Part shown: positions 51,589 to 64,000 of the stretch, in pieces
Numbering within the stretch: the first letter of the stretch is position 1
Layout of the letters: each line of letters starts with the position of its first letter
Assembly (NCBI GenBank): GCA_951406725.2
Contig: OX597814.1
Coordinates: 83,266,001 to 83,330,000 of the forward strand
DNA from: Octopus vulgaris
Lineage: Eukaryota
Direction: 5' to 3'
Length of the DNA stretch: 64,000 nucleotides
The notes under the pieces: generated by a model
Database searches by the model: none
Told to the model about the DNA's origin: nothing
The model's input: the letters and a program-made list of their open reading frames with translations, nothing else
Position numbers and translations under genes: made by a program

Positions 51589-51592
<4 letters not shown>
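51410..51592 (+). mobile_element. Penelope-like pLTR 3' end with a minimal hammerhead variant (51466-51501)
   Basis: cttt-CTGTGGA-a-gag-tgtagg-ctc-GAAAC-GTA-aaag; between microsatellites. Confidence 0.55.
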
Positions 51593-51650
<58 letters not shown>

Positions 51651-54409
51651 GTGGTTGTTGCATTAAATAGCTTACATGGATAATTTTTCATTGTTTCTTA
51701 AAGTAAGCAATGCTTTTTGGGGTTTTTTAACCACAGCTTAAAATCCAACAAAATTTGAAATTAGGTTTTGTCATTTCCTTTCTACTGTCTACAGAACAGA
51801 TAACAGGCATTTGTTTGAATTTGTCCAAAGTCTTGCAGCATCATCAAAAGTAATTCTTCATCATCATCATCATCGTTTAATGACCATTTTCCATGCTGGC
51901 TTGGGTTGGACGGTTTGACTGAGGTCTGGAGAGCTAGCAGCTGCGCAAGGCTCCTGTCTGATCTGGCAATGTTTCTAAAGCTGGATGCCCTTCCTAGTGC
52001 CAACCACTCCAAGACTGTAGTGGGTGCTTTTTATGTGCCACTAGCACAGGAGCCACTCAGATGGGCCTGTCATCGATCACTTTCGGATGGTGCTTTTTAA
52101 GTGTCACCAGTACAAGAGCTAGTCAGGGGGTACTGGCATAAATAAATATGGTTTTCCTTAAAACATATTTAAATATCATACATATATATATATATATTTA
52201 AATATATCGGTTGGCCAGATTAGTTTATAGCTTATTACACAGATAGACTAAAAAATTCATCAACATGTCCTTGTTCCTCTTCCTTTTTCCCCTTTTACAA
52301 TCTATTTGCAAATATCCGGTCAGCTTCTCCGACATAACCTTCTTGTTTTTCCTTCTAAATTTTTTTTTGCTAATATCTTTTTTGATGTTTTACTTTAATT
52401 TTTGACACCTACAAGAATGGTAATACATAACTATTTTAATTATTATTATTATTAATGTTTTTTCTTACATGTTTGTATTGCCATTTGAAATGGTCCTATG
52501 TGGAAATTAAATTCTAATTTGAACTTTTAACATCTCTTCTCCATTTTTATAATTGTTAGTAGAGTTTTTATAAGATTTTATCTTATACATGCCTATAACG
52601 AACTTTTTACTTATCATCATCATCACAATGCAGCTAATCTTATGATAGAACAAAGGAAATTGTTCTTATTGGTTTTTCAGTTATTGTTACTATTTGTTGA
52701 TCATAATTCCTAACAGAAGCATCATGGATTTCTCTTTTTTTTTTCTATACTCTGGTGATTGGAGGCAGAGTTTGAACTCAGAACATGCAGAACTGGATCA
52801 GATACCACAAGACATCCCATCTGATGTTCTTTCAACTTTGCCAATGGACTGGTGCTTTATCTATTGATCCTCAAAAGAAGGGAAAATTTGACATATCTAT
52901 CTATCTACTATCTACTAATTTACCTATCTGTATGTATGTATACTCATGTACATGTATTTTGATGTATGTATACTCACATGCTAACAAAATAGCTACATAC
53001 ATCCATATATTTCCCCTTACATGTTTCCTTTGTTTGATGACATGGTCAATAAGATTTCATAGTGGAAACCTTTCTGAACCATTTTGTCTCATTGGCACCA
53101 CATCTACCATCACTATCAAAATTCCTCCATAAGCTTTACAGAATTCTTCATTTTTTATTCTCCTTGATCGATTGGTTCTGCTACCTTGCCTCCACAATAA
53201 TTCCACTCATTGATTGAAGCATTTTTTTTTTCTCCTTATTCCTTTTCTTTACCTTTCTCTTATAGCCAGTTCTTTAAGAAAATATTGAAATTTTCAATGC
53301 TGAAAAAAATTCCCCATCAACTTGACCAAAACAGCAGACAATTTCATTACATATTTACAAAGAGATGAAAACAGCATTATTTTCTGCAGTTTCTATTCAT
53401 TTGTTATTATATAATTCTTTTAATTTAACTTCATTTGTATTCTGTCTGTTTGGGCAATGTTTGGAAAGAGAATTTTTTTTCATTGTTTGTTGTATGCATT
53501 GTTTTGTTTTGTTTTATTTGTTTCTTTGTATTCTTCCTTTTTGATTCTTCATTATTTTTTCTTTTGAAATTTAAAGGAGATTGGTGGGATGTGCACAAAA
53601 AGAAATATTAAGTGAGAGAGATACACAGAAAATTAGTGAAAGAAAGATGAGGAAAAGGAAGTAGAATTTGAGACAGAAAAAAAAAGGAAGTGAGAATTAG
53701 AGGCACAATGATGTATATATGGAGAGAATGATAAAGAGAAAGAAATATATAAGGAGAGTGACAGGATATTAGTGAGACTAAAATAAAATATAGTGTTGCC
53801 AATTAACTACAGAATGTTCTAGAAAAGTTTAATGCATAATTTCTATTTGTGTAACATTAAGAAATTGTGTCTGAATCAAGAAATTTGGAATTTAAATTCA
53901 AAGTATTTTTACTTAGAAAAGTTTTTAAAAAATAGCATGTTTACATTGCTTCTATGTAATCAAGAGGTCACAGAACAAAATAAGGATAACATTAACTTCT
54001 CAAATAGTTGGTTTGACTTCATATGTCTTGATAGTGCGTTATTGAGCTAGTCACTTAAAATTCTATTTCTATCTTCTTCTAAGAGAGGAAGTGGATATTA
54101 CCAGTGGAAGTTAACTCAGGTGTGTTCTAATAATGATAGATAATTAAGAGAAAGTGTTTATTCTTGACAGTTAATACTGATCTTCTTCTAGCAGAATCCA
54201 GGAATATAAATAGATGATGTTTATGTGTGTATGTTGCAGGATCAGCAAAGAAGTACAAAACCCAGAGTAGCAACAAAGACTAATCTGAAGACTATAATAA
54301 ATAATTGCCTTCTGCTTCGATATGAAGTACTTTTTCCTTTCGCTTGTACATTTGAGCGCACATGTTCTAAATAGTCCTCCAGGCAATAACAGAGCAATTT
54401 AAGACAGGC

Positions 54410-55782
54410 TCTATGCTGATGACTTTGTTCTTAAAACTGAATCACTACCAGAACTAGAGAAGTTTCCAGTATGGAAGCAAGGTTTAGAATCGAAGGGCCT
54501 TGGAGTTAACCTACCAAAAACCAAAGTCTTAGTAGGTAGGAAGCCAGAGAAATCACAAATCCCTTCAAGTTGGTGGCTCTGCTCAATCTGTGGAAAAGGC
54601 ATAGGTAGAAGCTCCATAAGATGTACCCAGTGTAAGCTATGGACACATAAGAGGTGCAGCAATATTAGAGGAAGGTTAATAAAGAAAATAACTTTTGTGT
54701 GCAGAAGACGCACAAATACAATAAACACCAAAGATGTACAGGAAATAGACTCCATCAACTGCCAGGGGAGTAAGCTAGAGATAGGAGATAGCTCCCCTTA
54801 TCTAGGTGACCAAGTTAGTAGTGGATGTGGATGCTCTGAGAGCATAACTGAGAATAAGAATAGGCTGGGAAAAGTTTAGAGAGCTCCTACCTCTACTGGC
54901 AACAAAAGGCTTCTCCCTCACATATTGTAGGATGCCTGTGTGTGAACAGCTATGCTACATGGCAGTGAAACATAGGCTGTGACAGCCAAAGACATGTAGG
55001 CTTGAAAGAAATGAAGCCAGTATGCTTTGCTGGATGTGCGATGTCAGTGTGCATGTTTGACAGGATGTAAGCATATTAGGAGAAAAGTTGGGCATAAGAG
55101 GCATCAGATGTGATGTGCAAGAGATACAACTGTGCTGGTATGGTCATGTGATGTATTTGGACAAGGACAGCTATGTAAGGAAGTGCTAATCTCTAACTGT
55201 GAAGGGAACTTGTGGTAGAGGTGGACCCAGGAAGATAGGGAAGAGGTAGTGAAACATGATCTTTGAACTTTGGGCGTCATAGAGGCAATGACTAGTGATC
55301 GAGATATTTGGCAATATGCTGTGCTTGAGAGATCCTGTCAAGCCAAGTGAAATCATAGTCAAGGCCGATGCTGGTGTCACATAAATGGCACCTGTATCAG
55401 TGGCTTGTAAAAAGTACCTTTCATGTGTTGGGCCTCATGGAGGCAAAGTGGCTGATGCCAGTGGCATGTGAAAAGCTCCTTTCAAGTGTTGAACTTTACG
55501 GAGGCAATGACAAATGACCAAGACTTTTGGCATTATGTTGTGCTTGAGAAGAAGACCTATCAAGCCAAGTAAAATTACAGTCATCAGATACTGGTCTCAT
55601 GCAAATGGTACCTGTGGCATGTAAAAGCACCTGTTACAATCTTGGAATGGTTGGTGTTAGGAAGAGCTGTAGAAACCATACCAAATCAGACTGGAGTCTA
55701 CTGCAGCCTTCCAGCTTGCCAGCCCAGGTCAAACCACCAACCCCATGCCAGCATGGACAACAGATGTCAAATGATGATGATA
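54410..55782 (+). mobile_element. Decayed RTE LINE 3' part
   Basis: Begins at LYADD; PHD-like finger, YLGDQVSSG, 3'UTR and GATGATGAT tail; multiple stops. Confidence 0.93.
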
Positions 55783-56416
55783 TATATATATATATACGTA
55801 TATATGTATATATATTGTGTGTGTGTGAAAGCATGTGACCTGGTGGTTAGAGTGTTGCACTCACATTCACAAGGTTGCAGCAGTTTTTATTCTGACTGGC
55901 AGTGCATTTTGATCTTGGGCAAAACACTTCATTTCATGTTGCTCCTGTTCACTCAGCTATAATTTGGTAACCTTGCAATGGCCTGGTATTTCATTTAGAA
56001 GGAATGTTGGCTTGCTCACCTAGCCAGTAGGCTGACATCATTTGGAAGCTACAACAATGCCAAGAAGCACATTGTGACCAGCAGTGTATAACATCTAATT
56101 GTCTAGTCCATGCAATGATACAGTAGCAAATATATGCATACACACACACATGTGGAGACACGTACAAGGCTTAGTGGTTGTGGTGTTGGACTCATGATTG
56201 TAAGATTGTAGTTTCAATTCCTGGACCAAGCAATGCAGAACACTTCATTTCATTTTGCTCCAGTTCACTCAGCTGGCAAAAATGAGTAATCCTGTGACAG
56301 ACTGGTATCCAATCCAGGTGGGGAATTTACAGACAATGGAAACCAGCTCTTTTGAGTTGGCATGACTTCAGAAGGTAACCTTTTTTTTTTTAACTATACC
56401 GACATGCATATATATA

Positions 56417-56790
56417 TACAAGGCATGTCCCAAAAGTTTTGAGTCCAACATACTTAACGACATACATGACAATAAGGAGAGAATATTTTATTTCTATTTC
56501 ATTTTTTTTTGACAATATCATACTTAACTTCAATAGTTTTTATAACACTTGCACAACTACCTAATTACTATTTGTCCTGCTCAGTCAGTCACTGATCTGT
56601 AGCTGATTGCTGTTCATCTCAGGAGCAGTTTCTGATGTTGAAATGATACTTCGAATTTGACAACAGGTGAAAATTGCAAGGTTTTTGAACCCATGGGAGC
56701 TAGGGCAGTGTCAAGAAGAAGCAGGACACTGGTACTCATCATTCCACAATGTTTTATCATAATGCTATTTTGCTAATATTGTGAAAACTA
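56417..56790 (-). mobile_element. Old mariner remnant (transposase C-terminus + TIR)
   Basis: Minus strand CNFHLLSNSKYHF..DEQQSATDQ*LTEQDK..TIEVKYDIVKK; terminal TACAAGGCATGTCCCAAAAGTTTTG. Confidence 0.55.
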
Positions 56791-56803
56791 TAAAAACAAA
56801 ATA

Positions 56804-57333
56804 TTAGGTTGAAGAAAAAGTTTGTGCACCGTGTTAAAATAATGATTCTTTTATATATTTTTGTGGTGTGTGTGTTCATTCAGTTCATGTCATGTTCAAT
56901 TGTGACTCACTGTTGAAAAATACCCAAGACTTGTTCCTCAAAAATGCACTTTGTTCAAACAAGACAATGCAAAGCTGCATACTACCAGAAAGACCAGCAA
57001 CACGATTGAAGAATTGGATGGTGCGAAGTTCTGCTGCATCCAACCTATTGTTCAGATGCTCCTCCATCTGACTATGGTGTCTTCCAATCAATGCAGCACT
57101 TTATGAAAGGTCGCCATTTTGAGTCATTCAATGAAGTTGAAGAAGTCTGTCAAGAATTTTTCAATTCAAAGCCGAAGAATTGGTACTTTGCCCAAATCCG
57201 AAAGCTTGCAGATCATTGGCAGAAGGTCATGGAAAATGATGGTCTTTATTTTGAAGAATAGCTGTTGTTTTTGAATAAATTGCATAAAAATTCGTTATTT
57301 TAACATGGCACACAAACTTTTTCCTCAACCTAG
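56804..57333 (+). mobile_element. Internally deleted mariner (Hsmar1/cecropia-like TIR)
   Basis: ~45-bp TIR TAGGTTGA(A/G)GAAAAAGTTTGTG..TGTTAAAATAA; peptide DAPPSDYGVFQSMQHFMKGRHFESFNEVEEVCQEFFNSKPKNWYFAQIRKLADHWQKVMENDGLYFEE* (57056-57261). Confidence 0.9.
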
Positions 57334-57492
57334 TTTTATAACAAGGCAATCAAATATATAATAAAACAATAATTTGAGATATCTGTCAAACGGAAAATAG
57401 TCAAATGCAAAACTTTTGGATATATATCATCTTTTTTTATATATTTTACTTGTTTTATATATTTTGGTTGTTTCAGTTATTCAACTCTAACC

Positions 57493-57661
57493 ATTTTCAC
57501 AAAATTAGCAAAATAGCATTGTGACAAAACATTGTGGAATGATGAGTACCAGTGTCCTGCTTCTTCTTGACACTGCCCCAGTTCTCATAGGTTCAAAAAC
57601 CTACTTCACCTAGCCTATCTAGTAGATCTTGCTTATTGCAATTTTCACCTGTTGCCAAATT
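57493..57661 (+). mobile_element. Inverted duplicate of the old mariner fragment at 56655-56788
   Basis: Reverse-complement match; encodes VLLLLDTAPV and LLHLAYLVDLAYCNFHLLP (HDNA and YSPDLAPCDF motifs). Confidence 0.7.
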
Positions 57662-60094
57662 ACAGGATTTAGTCACAATGTTTTTTTGTTTTTTCATGTC
57701 TGGTATTTATTCTATCAATCACTCTTGCTGAACTGCTAGGTTATAGAGACATAAACAAACTAACACTGGTTATCAAGTTGTGGTGAGGGAAAAACACAAA
57801 GACACACTCACACATATATGTATGTTATGGGCTTCTTAACAGTTTCCATCTACTATATTTACTCACCAATCATTGATCAGCCTGGGGTTGTATTAGAAGA
57901 CACCTGTGGTGCTGTGCAGTGGAACTAAACCCAAAACCACATGGTCACAAAGCGAGCTTCTTAACCACACAGCTATGCCTGCACCCAAAACCAAAATCAG
58001 GCCCACACACACACACACACACACACATACACAGAAAAGAGAGGAAAGTTATTGGCTGATTAAAATCTTTGTGCGTGGAAAAGTATGTGGAACAATGATT
58101 AGTTAACTAGAAATTGAATAGACAGATGTCACAGAATGTTTTGTATTATTTTTTGATTATGAACTATTATGCAATGATATCCAGAGAGAGGTGAAAACAG
58201 TAAATTGTTTGCATTTAAGGGGTTTGAGCAAAAAAATTATCACTGACAAAATACAATTTCATAAGACAGTCCTTCTGTTGCAAAAACAACTCTTCCCAAA
58301 ACTTGAAAGGTTAATTTCTATTAATATTTTAGTTAAATGTCATTTGGCTTCTCTATACACAAAGAGCAATGGCCTCCAAACTCTGAAAGGCATCATCTAA
58401 TTAATGCCAAGTGAATTTCTTTACTTTGTTAAACATTTACATAGAAACTATTATGAATGCAAATTACATATCATTTATTCATGATTGATAAAGTAATTTT
58501 ATTTTCTATTTCTTGCTAAACATTTTGAGTTTTCTTCATTAACAACTTTTTGCATATGTTACTGTGTTTTGTTTACTTTTTTGTTTAATGAAAAAAACTC
58601 AACACATGGCATTAAAGTTGCAAGTTTTTAGCTCTTTACCTATCAAATCTATTCTGCCAAAATCCTTTACTTTCTTATCTCTAATATTTATCTGATCTTG
58701 TGTTTTCGAATACCAACAGGTTAGTAATTGTGCTGAAATACCATAGTTTAGAATTACCTTATATGTCAGCTATTAACCTCTCTTCCCACAGACATTTTCT
58801 ATCAATACATATATTTGCTTTGCTTCATTCCTATGGATGGAAAAGGCTGGCATCAGTTACTCAATTTCTAATTTCTTGCAAGTCTCAAGTAAGGCACTTA
58901 TTTAAAAAACAGAAAAGGCAGAAACTCTCTCTAATCCATATCTGAGGAGAATAGCAGATGTCAAAATATTGACAACAGTTGCAAAACTTGTAACAAATCA
59001 GCATCACAAACTAATGAAGGAACCTATGCCTTGATACTCATTATGCTAAAAATTACTGCCAAGTTGCTATGAAGCTACACTCTACCATTTCATGAAAAGA
59101 GAATATTGGATAATGTAGTCCTAGATATATATTGCCTGGAAAAAAGACAGAATGCTCATAGTTGGAATACCTTTGATATTAAGTTTATTTAAGTAGGCTC
59201 AACTTTGTGCAAAAGAACAATAATAAGGATAAGCCAGTGGAGGGAGGGAGTTCTACAGGGTAATTTCATTTGCTAGAAATAGCAGCTAAATATCCTTCAA
59301 GTTATACCCTACTGTTAGAATAACACATTGGACAGTATAACTATAGATATATAAAAAGACAAGCTGGTCTTGACTGAAAGACTTTGCCTCATAGGTTTGC
59401 TCAATCAAAAATGACCAGGGACTAAGCAACAATTAACAGCAACCATTATCATCATCATCATCATTTAAATATCTGCATTTTTTTTCTAAGGTCACAAACT
59501 GGCAGAGACTTTTGAGTTGGTTAGATTGTAATATTTGTTCCAACTCTTTTTGCTCTGAGTTTAAATCCTGCTTAAGTCAACTTTGCTTTTCATCTTTTTG
59601 GATTTGCTTAGAAAAAAGTACCATTCCTGGACAGTGGATTGGCAGTGTATTAGAGGGTTAGATGAGATGCTTTGCAATATCTGTCTCGGTACTTTGCTTT
59701 CTGACAGTGACATCTACAATGATGCTAATGCTGGTCTGTATTGTCCCATATCAGCAGCCTTTCTTTCGGATAAACATCAGTGAATTTGAGAGAAGAGACC
59801 TGCATAACTACTAATCTCTTCCACAAAAGATGCTGCTCAGTCCTGTGCTCACATGTGCAGATGCATGGTCACTCTTGACTGAAGGAGATCCTAGATATTT
59901 TACTGCATTGAAGTTTAATTTTAATAATTATTTCTTTTGTTACTTGATAGTTCTTGCATTTTCTTCCAGTATCCACAAATATACCAAATAATGTTTACAA
60001 ATAATTTATTTTTTGTACCACACATAATAAAGCATTTTTGCAAAAAGAAAGCTGATTATTTTAACAGTAGTAAGTTCTTTCTCAAAGTTTAGTA

Positions 60095-60251
60095 CAGGCA
60101 TGGGCAATCTTTCCTGAGAAGTGAGTTGCATAAGACATGGCTTATCATCAGGTGGATCATTCTATTAAAAAAAATTTAACACATGTTTTTTTCCTCATGA
60201 AATTTGGCATGCTATTCAGAAAGTCTGAAGGTTGCAGTTTGCCCATGACTT
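60095..60251. mobile_element. hAT-like MITE
   Basis: TIR CAGGCATGGGCAA / TTGCCCATGACTT; 8-bp TSD GTTTAGTA / GTTTATTA. Confidence 0.65.
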
Positions 60252-61679
60252 GTTTATTATAACAACTTCTTGGTTAACACTTTTGACTTCAAAAAATTCC
60301 TTCCCAGATCTTTCCCCATCATTTGGCCAAAAAATCTTCCATTTTGCTTTTGTTTCTATGGAGTATCAATATAATTACAGTCCACTACATCCTGTTTTTC
60401 ATTATTTTAATTAATTTATATTTAGGGTTGTCTCCTCTGTCTGTCTTAACCAGAATTAGTCTTTAATGTAATAATTTTTCTTTCCATCATTATGCACATA
60501 ATTTTAATTAATCAAAATTTCCTGATTCCCTTCAGTAACTCTTTAGCATTCAAATTATTCTGTCAAGTGTAATGCTTTTTTATTCACATTGTTCTGAATT
60601 AGTCATGCATTATCTCAAAGATAACTTCAATGATATGATTGTTTAATTTTAAAACAACGTTATAGGGCAGGTGTGAGAGGCCACAGGTGTGAAGTATTAA
60701 ATGTTTTACTTTACCACTTTACTATTTGATTTCATGCAGCAAGTATCTTTGAGTATTTTCCCCACCATTCTTTTCAGTTATCATCTCACTCAGTGTTTAA
60801 TCACTAAAATCTTATATTCTCTGTCATCATTTTAAGATCTGGCTTTAATGTTGATGAGGTTTAATACTATAGAAACATGTCTGGAGTTGTCACAGTAGTA
60901 TCAAAAATCAGACAACATTGTATTTCTAATTAATATTGAGATTAGTCAGTAAGATAATCATTTTTTCCCTTATTCTGGATGTTGATTAGTTAAAATTTTT
61001 TTTCTCACCACATTAAGTACATAAACATCCATTTTTGTACAATTATACAAAGTAATTTAGAAGTCTCTTTAGCATTTAAATGATAAAGTATCAAGGATTT
61101 TCTGTTCATTACAATCAAAATAAAATTCAATTTCATGATGCTGAGATATATTAAGAGATGACTAGATATTATATTATATTTATTTATATATTTTGTTATA
61201 TTATACTTGTATTTTATATATTAATTTACTTCATTAAGAGATTGCTAGTTTAGTCATCTCTTAAAAGAGATGATGATCAAGTACAAGGGATTAATGGAGG
61301 TAGTAACGATATTGCTGTTATTGTTTAGTTTCAGGTGAACTCTGATCAAGCAGATCAATTGTCAAAGGAATTCCAGCTATAATCACATTGTCTAGATGTA
61401 AATTACCTTTCTTGATTTAAGATGGTAGAGTGCTATATCAATGAGATTAGGGTATATCTAACTGGTGAGTTAATTCTGTAGTGGCTCTTTTATAACTGAC
61501 AAATGCTTTATTAAATTGTACTACCAGGCTCAAATTCTCCCATTGGTTACTGGAGAGATGGATATCACCAAGAGTACTATTATCAACTAAGATATCCAAA
61601 CATTATCAGCACTCAATGACCTTTCTCAGAGTTATAGTACAATTTTATGGAAGCTGTATATTTCTTTGTGTGGAGTAAT

Positions 61680-61895
61680 ACTGGTTTCAGATTTTGGTAC
61701 AAGGCCAGCAATTTCAAGGGAGAGAGTAAGCTGATTACATCGACCCCAGTTTTCAGCTGCTACTTATCTTATCTCCAAAAGGGATGAAAGGTAAAGTTGA
61801 CCTCAGCAGAATTTGGAACTGGAACATAAAGATGGATGCAATGTCACTAAGCATTTTTCCCAGTATGCTAACAATTCTGTCAGCATGCCCCCTTT
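61680..61895 (-). mobile_element. SINE family A, full length
   Basis: Core motif; flanked by GGAGTAATA direct repeat. Confidence 0.8.
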
Positions 61896-64000
61896 GTAGG
61901 GAGTAATATTAATGTTTATATTATAAGTATGCTTCAAGCATATTAAGTAACATTCCAGTTAATTTTGTTTGTCAATCCTTAATTTCTGAACGGTTGAGAA
62001 GTTCATTTATAACCACATGATTCTGGATTTGATTTCACTGCATAGCACCTTGGGCAATGTCTTCTACTATTGCTTCAGGTTTACTAATACCTTGTGAGTG
62101 GAATTTGGTAGAGAGAAATTGTGTAGAAATCAGTTGTATGTGTAGATGTACAGCTTTTGCTAATGTATATTGAGGAAGATAGTGAACATCATTGAAAAAT
62201 CTAACATTCTTTGAAGTTCTTTGTGAAATAAAGTTCTTTGCATTGAGTTATTCTTGACATCAGAAATGTTGGAATTCAGTGACTGATTCATTGGAAACCT
62301 GTGATAAACAGTACTGGTTTCCAATTAGTAGAATAAAATTATATAATAATAGTAAATAAACCTCATTTGTCTGTTCTTGATTGTTTACTTCTAAGCATAA
62401 GCTACAAGTGAATATGTGTCAACCTAAAGGTGGCCCAATAAACTCTAAAATCTGAAAGTGGAGTTATCATTCTTCATCTGCCAAGAAAGTTTACCTTATA
62501 AGTTAGTAAGCTGTGAGACTAGATATTTTCAAGGTTTATTTATATTATTAACAGTGGATATGAGCACATGGCTCAGTGGTTAGAGCATCGGACTCACAAT
62601 TATGAGGTAGTGAGTTTGATTCCTGGACCAAGCTGTGTGTTGTATTCTTTAGGAAGACACTTTATTTCACATTACTTCAGTTTATTCAGCTGTAGAAATG
62701 AGTTGCAACATCACTGGTGCCAAGCTATATCAGCCTCTGCCTTTCCTTGGATAATATTAGTGGTGTGGAGAGGAGAAGATGGTATGCATGGGCAACTGCT
62801 GGTCTTCCATAAACAACCTTGCCCAGACTTGTTCCTCAGAGGGTATTTTTCTAGGTGCAATCTTGTGGTCATTCATGACCAAAAAGGGTCTATGGTTCCA
62901 TGTACAAACATATCTGATATACATGAAGCATTGCATTGCCTTTAATTTTCCTTAACTAATTAATTAATGTTTTTGGAAATTTTGTGTTCAGTAGAAGTCT
63001 TGACATCTGAAGAGTTTGGTGTGCAGGGCTGTTGAATCAGGAGGTTGTGTTTTTTCAATTATTGCTGTAGGAAAGATACATTGCTCTTATTGTCCTAATA
63101 TATCTCTGTTGGAAAATAAGGTTCAAGTTAGCAGTTTGAATTCACGTTCATAAGGCTGTTATTATGAAACATCATTCATTTGTAAAATTCTTTGTTTTTC
63201 CAATTCATACAGTTTGGTTAAAAACCATACATTCATTAAAGGAAAGAATGTAAAATCATTCTAGCAAACAATGTTGAAAAGATTTGTATTTAAGTTACTC
63301 TATCATCAATAAATAACAACTATTAGAAAGGGTAATAATGTTTTTATTCAGCACTCTGCTCATTCACCCATATGACAGTGTGCAGACATATACACAAACA
63401 CACAAGCTCCCACCTAGAAACAGAGCATTTTTATTATATAGAACAGACAACACCTTTTGTCGTCATGATACTCACATACAGATATATGCATAAAGATACT
63501 CGTAAATACATACAAATACACAAGCATGTACACTCAATGAATTGTTAGCATTCTAATAGTTACATATATTTATATAAATATAATTTGTATTCAGTACACG
63601 TACACCCAGATGCATATACACAACAACACACGTTGATTTACGTTAACACATAGCCCTGCACATAATGAGAATTGTTTTCAATCACACTATTTGTCTTCAT
63701 GGCACAAACGTGCGCATTCATACTCATGTGCATACACATATATCAAACGTACTTGTCAAACAGCATCACATGCACATATCTATCTATATTCATTATTGTC
63801 ATTATCAGTGGCATCACTATTATTGACAACAATTACAAATTGCTTGCAGTTTACAATGCTTTCATAGAACAGATAACAGGCTTGTTCTTCATGATACACA
63901 CACGCCATATACTCACATGTGCATGGAACCACATTCTCAGATACACAAAATCTCCCTGCCACCACCAATCACCATGTATATATTGATTAGTTCATTGTAA

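Noticed and set aside
60118-60156. CTGATGA-taag..ctta hairpin on minus strand
   Set aside because: GCAAC instead of GAAAC, no stems I or III; lies within a hAT MITE

Overview
AT-rich, microsatellite-dense, repeat-dominated animal genomic DNA. The repeat families and a mollusc-type 5S sequence suggest a coleoid cephalopod such as Octopus (inference). Only one plausible host-gene exon is visible (10934-11153, +), so the window is probably mostly intron. The only long ORF is a 5'-truncated, internally deleted RTE-clade LINE (APE endonuclease, RT, PHD-like finger) at about 35.5-38.7 kb. Other repeats are decayed RTE, CR1 and R4/Dong-like LINEs, three distinct Penelope-like (GIY-YIG) fragments, several tRNA-SINE families, a 5S-headed SINE3-like chimera, and mariner/Tc1, piggyBac and hAT MITEs. 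The most interesting signal is a set of unrelated, small, non-coding, (TA)n-anchored elements carrying type I hammerhead ribozyme motifs (about 4.6, 28.9, 39.5 and 51.5 kb). One is a head-to-head tandem of a ~340-nt monomer (retrozyme-like), and a separate 550-bp foldback turns on a hammerhead-like stem III. All coordinates and alignments were read by eye, so repeat boundaries are approximate.
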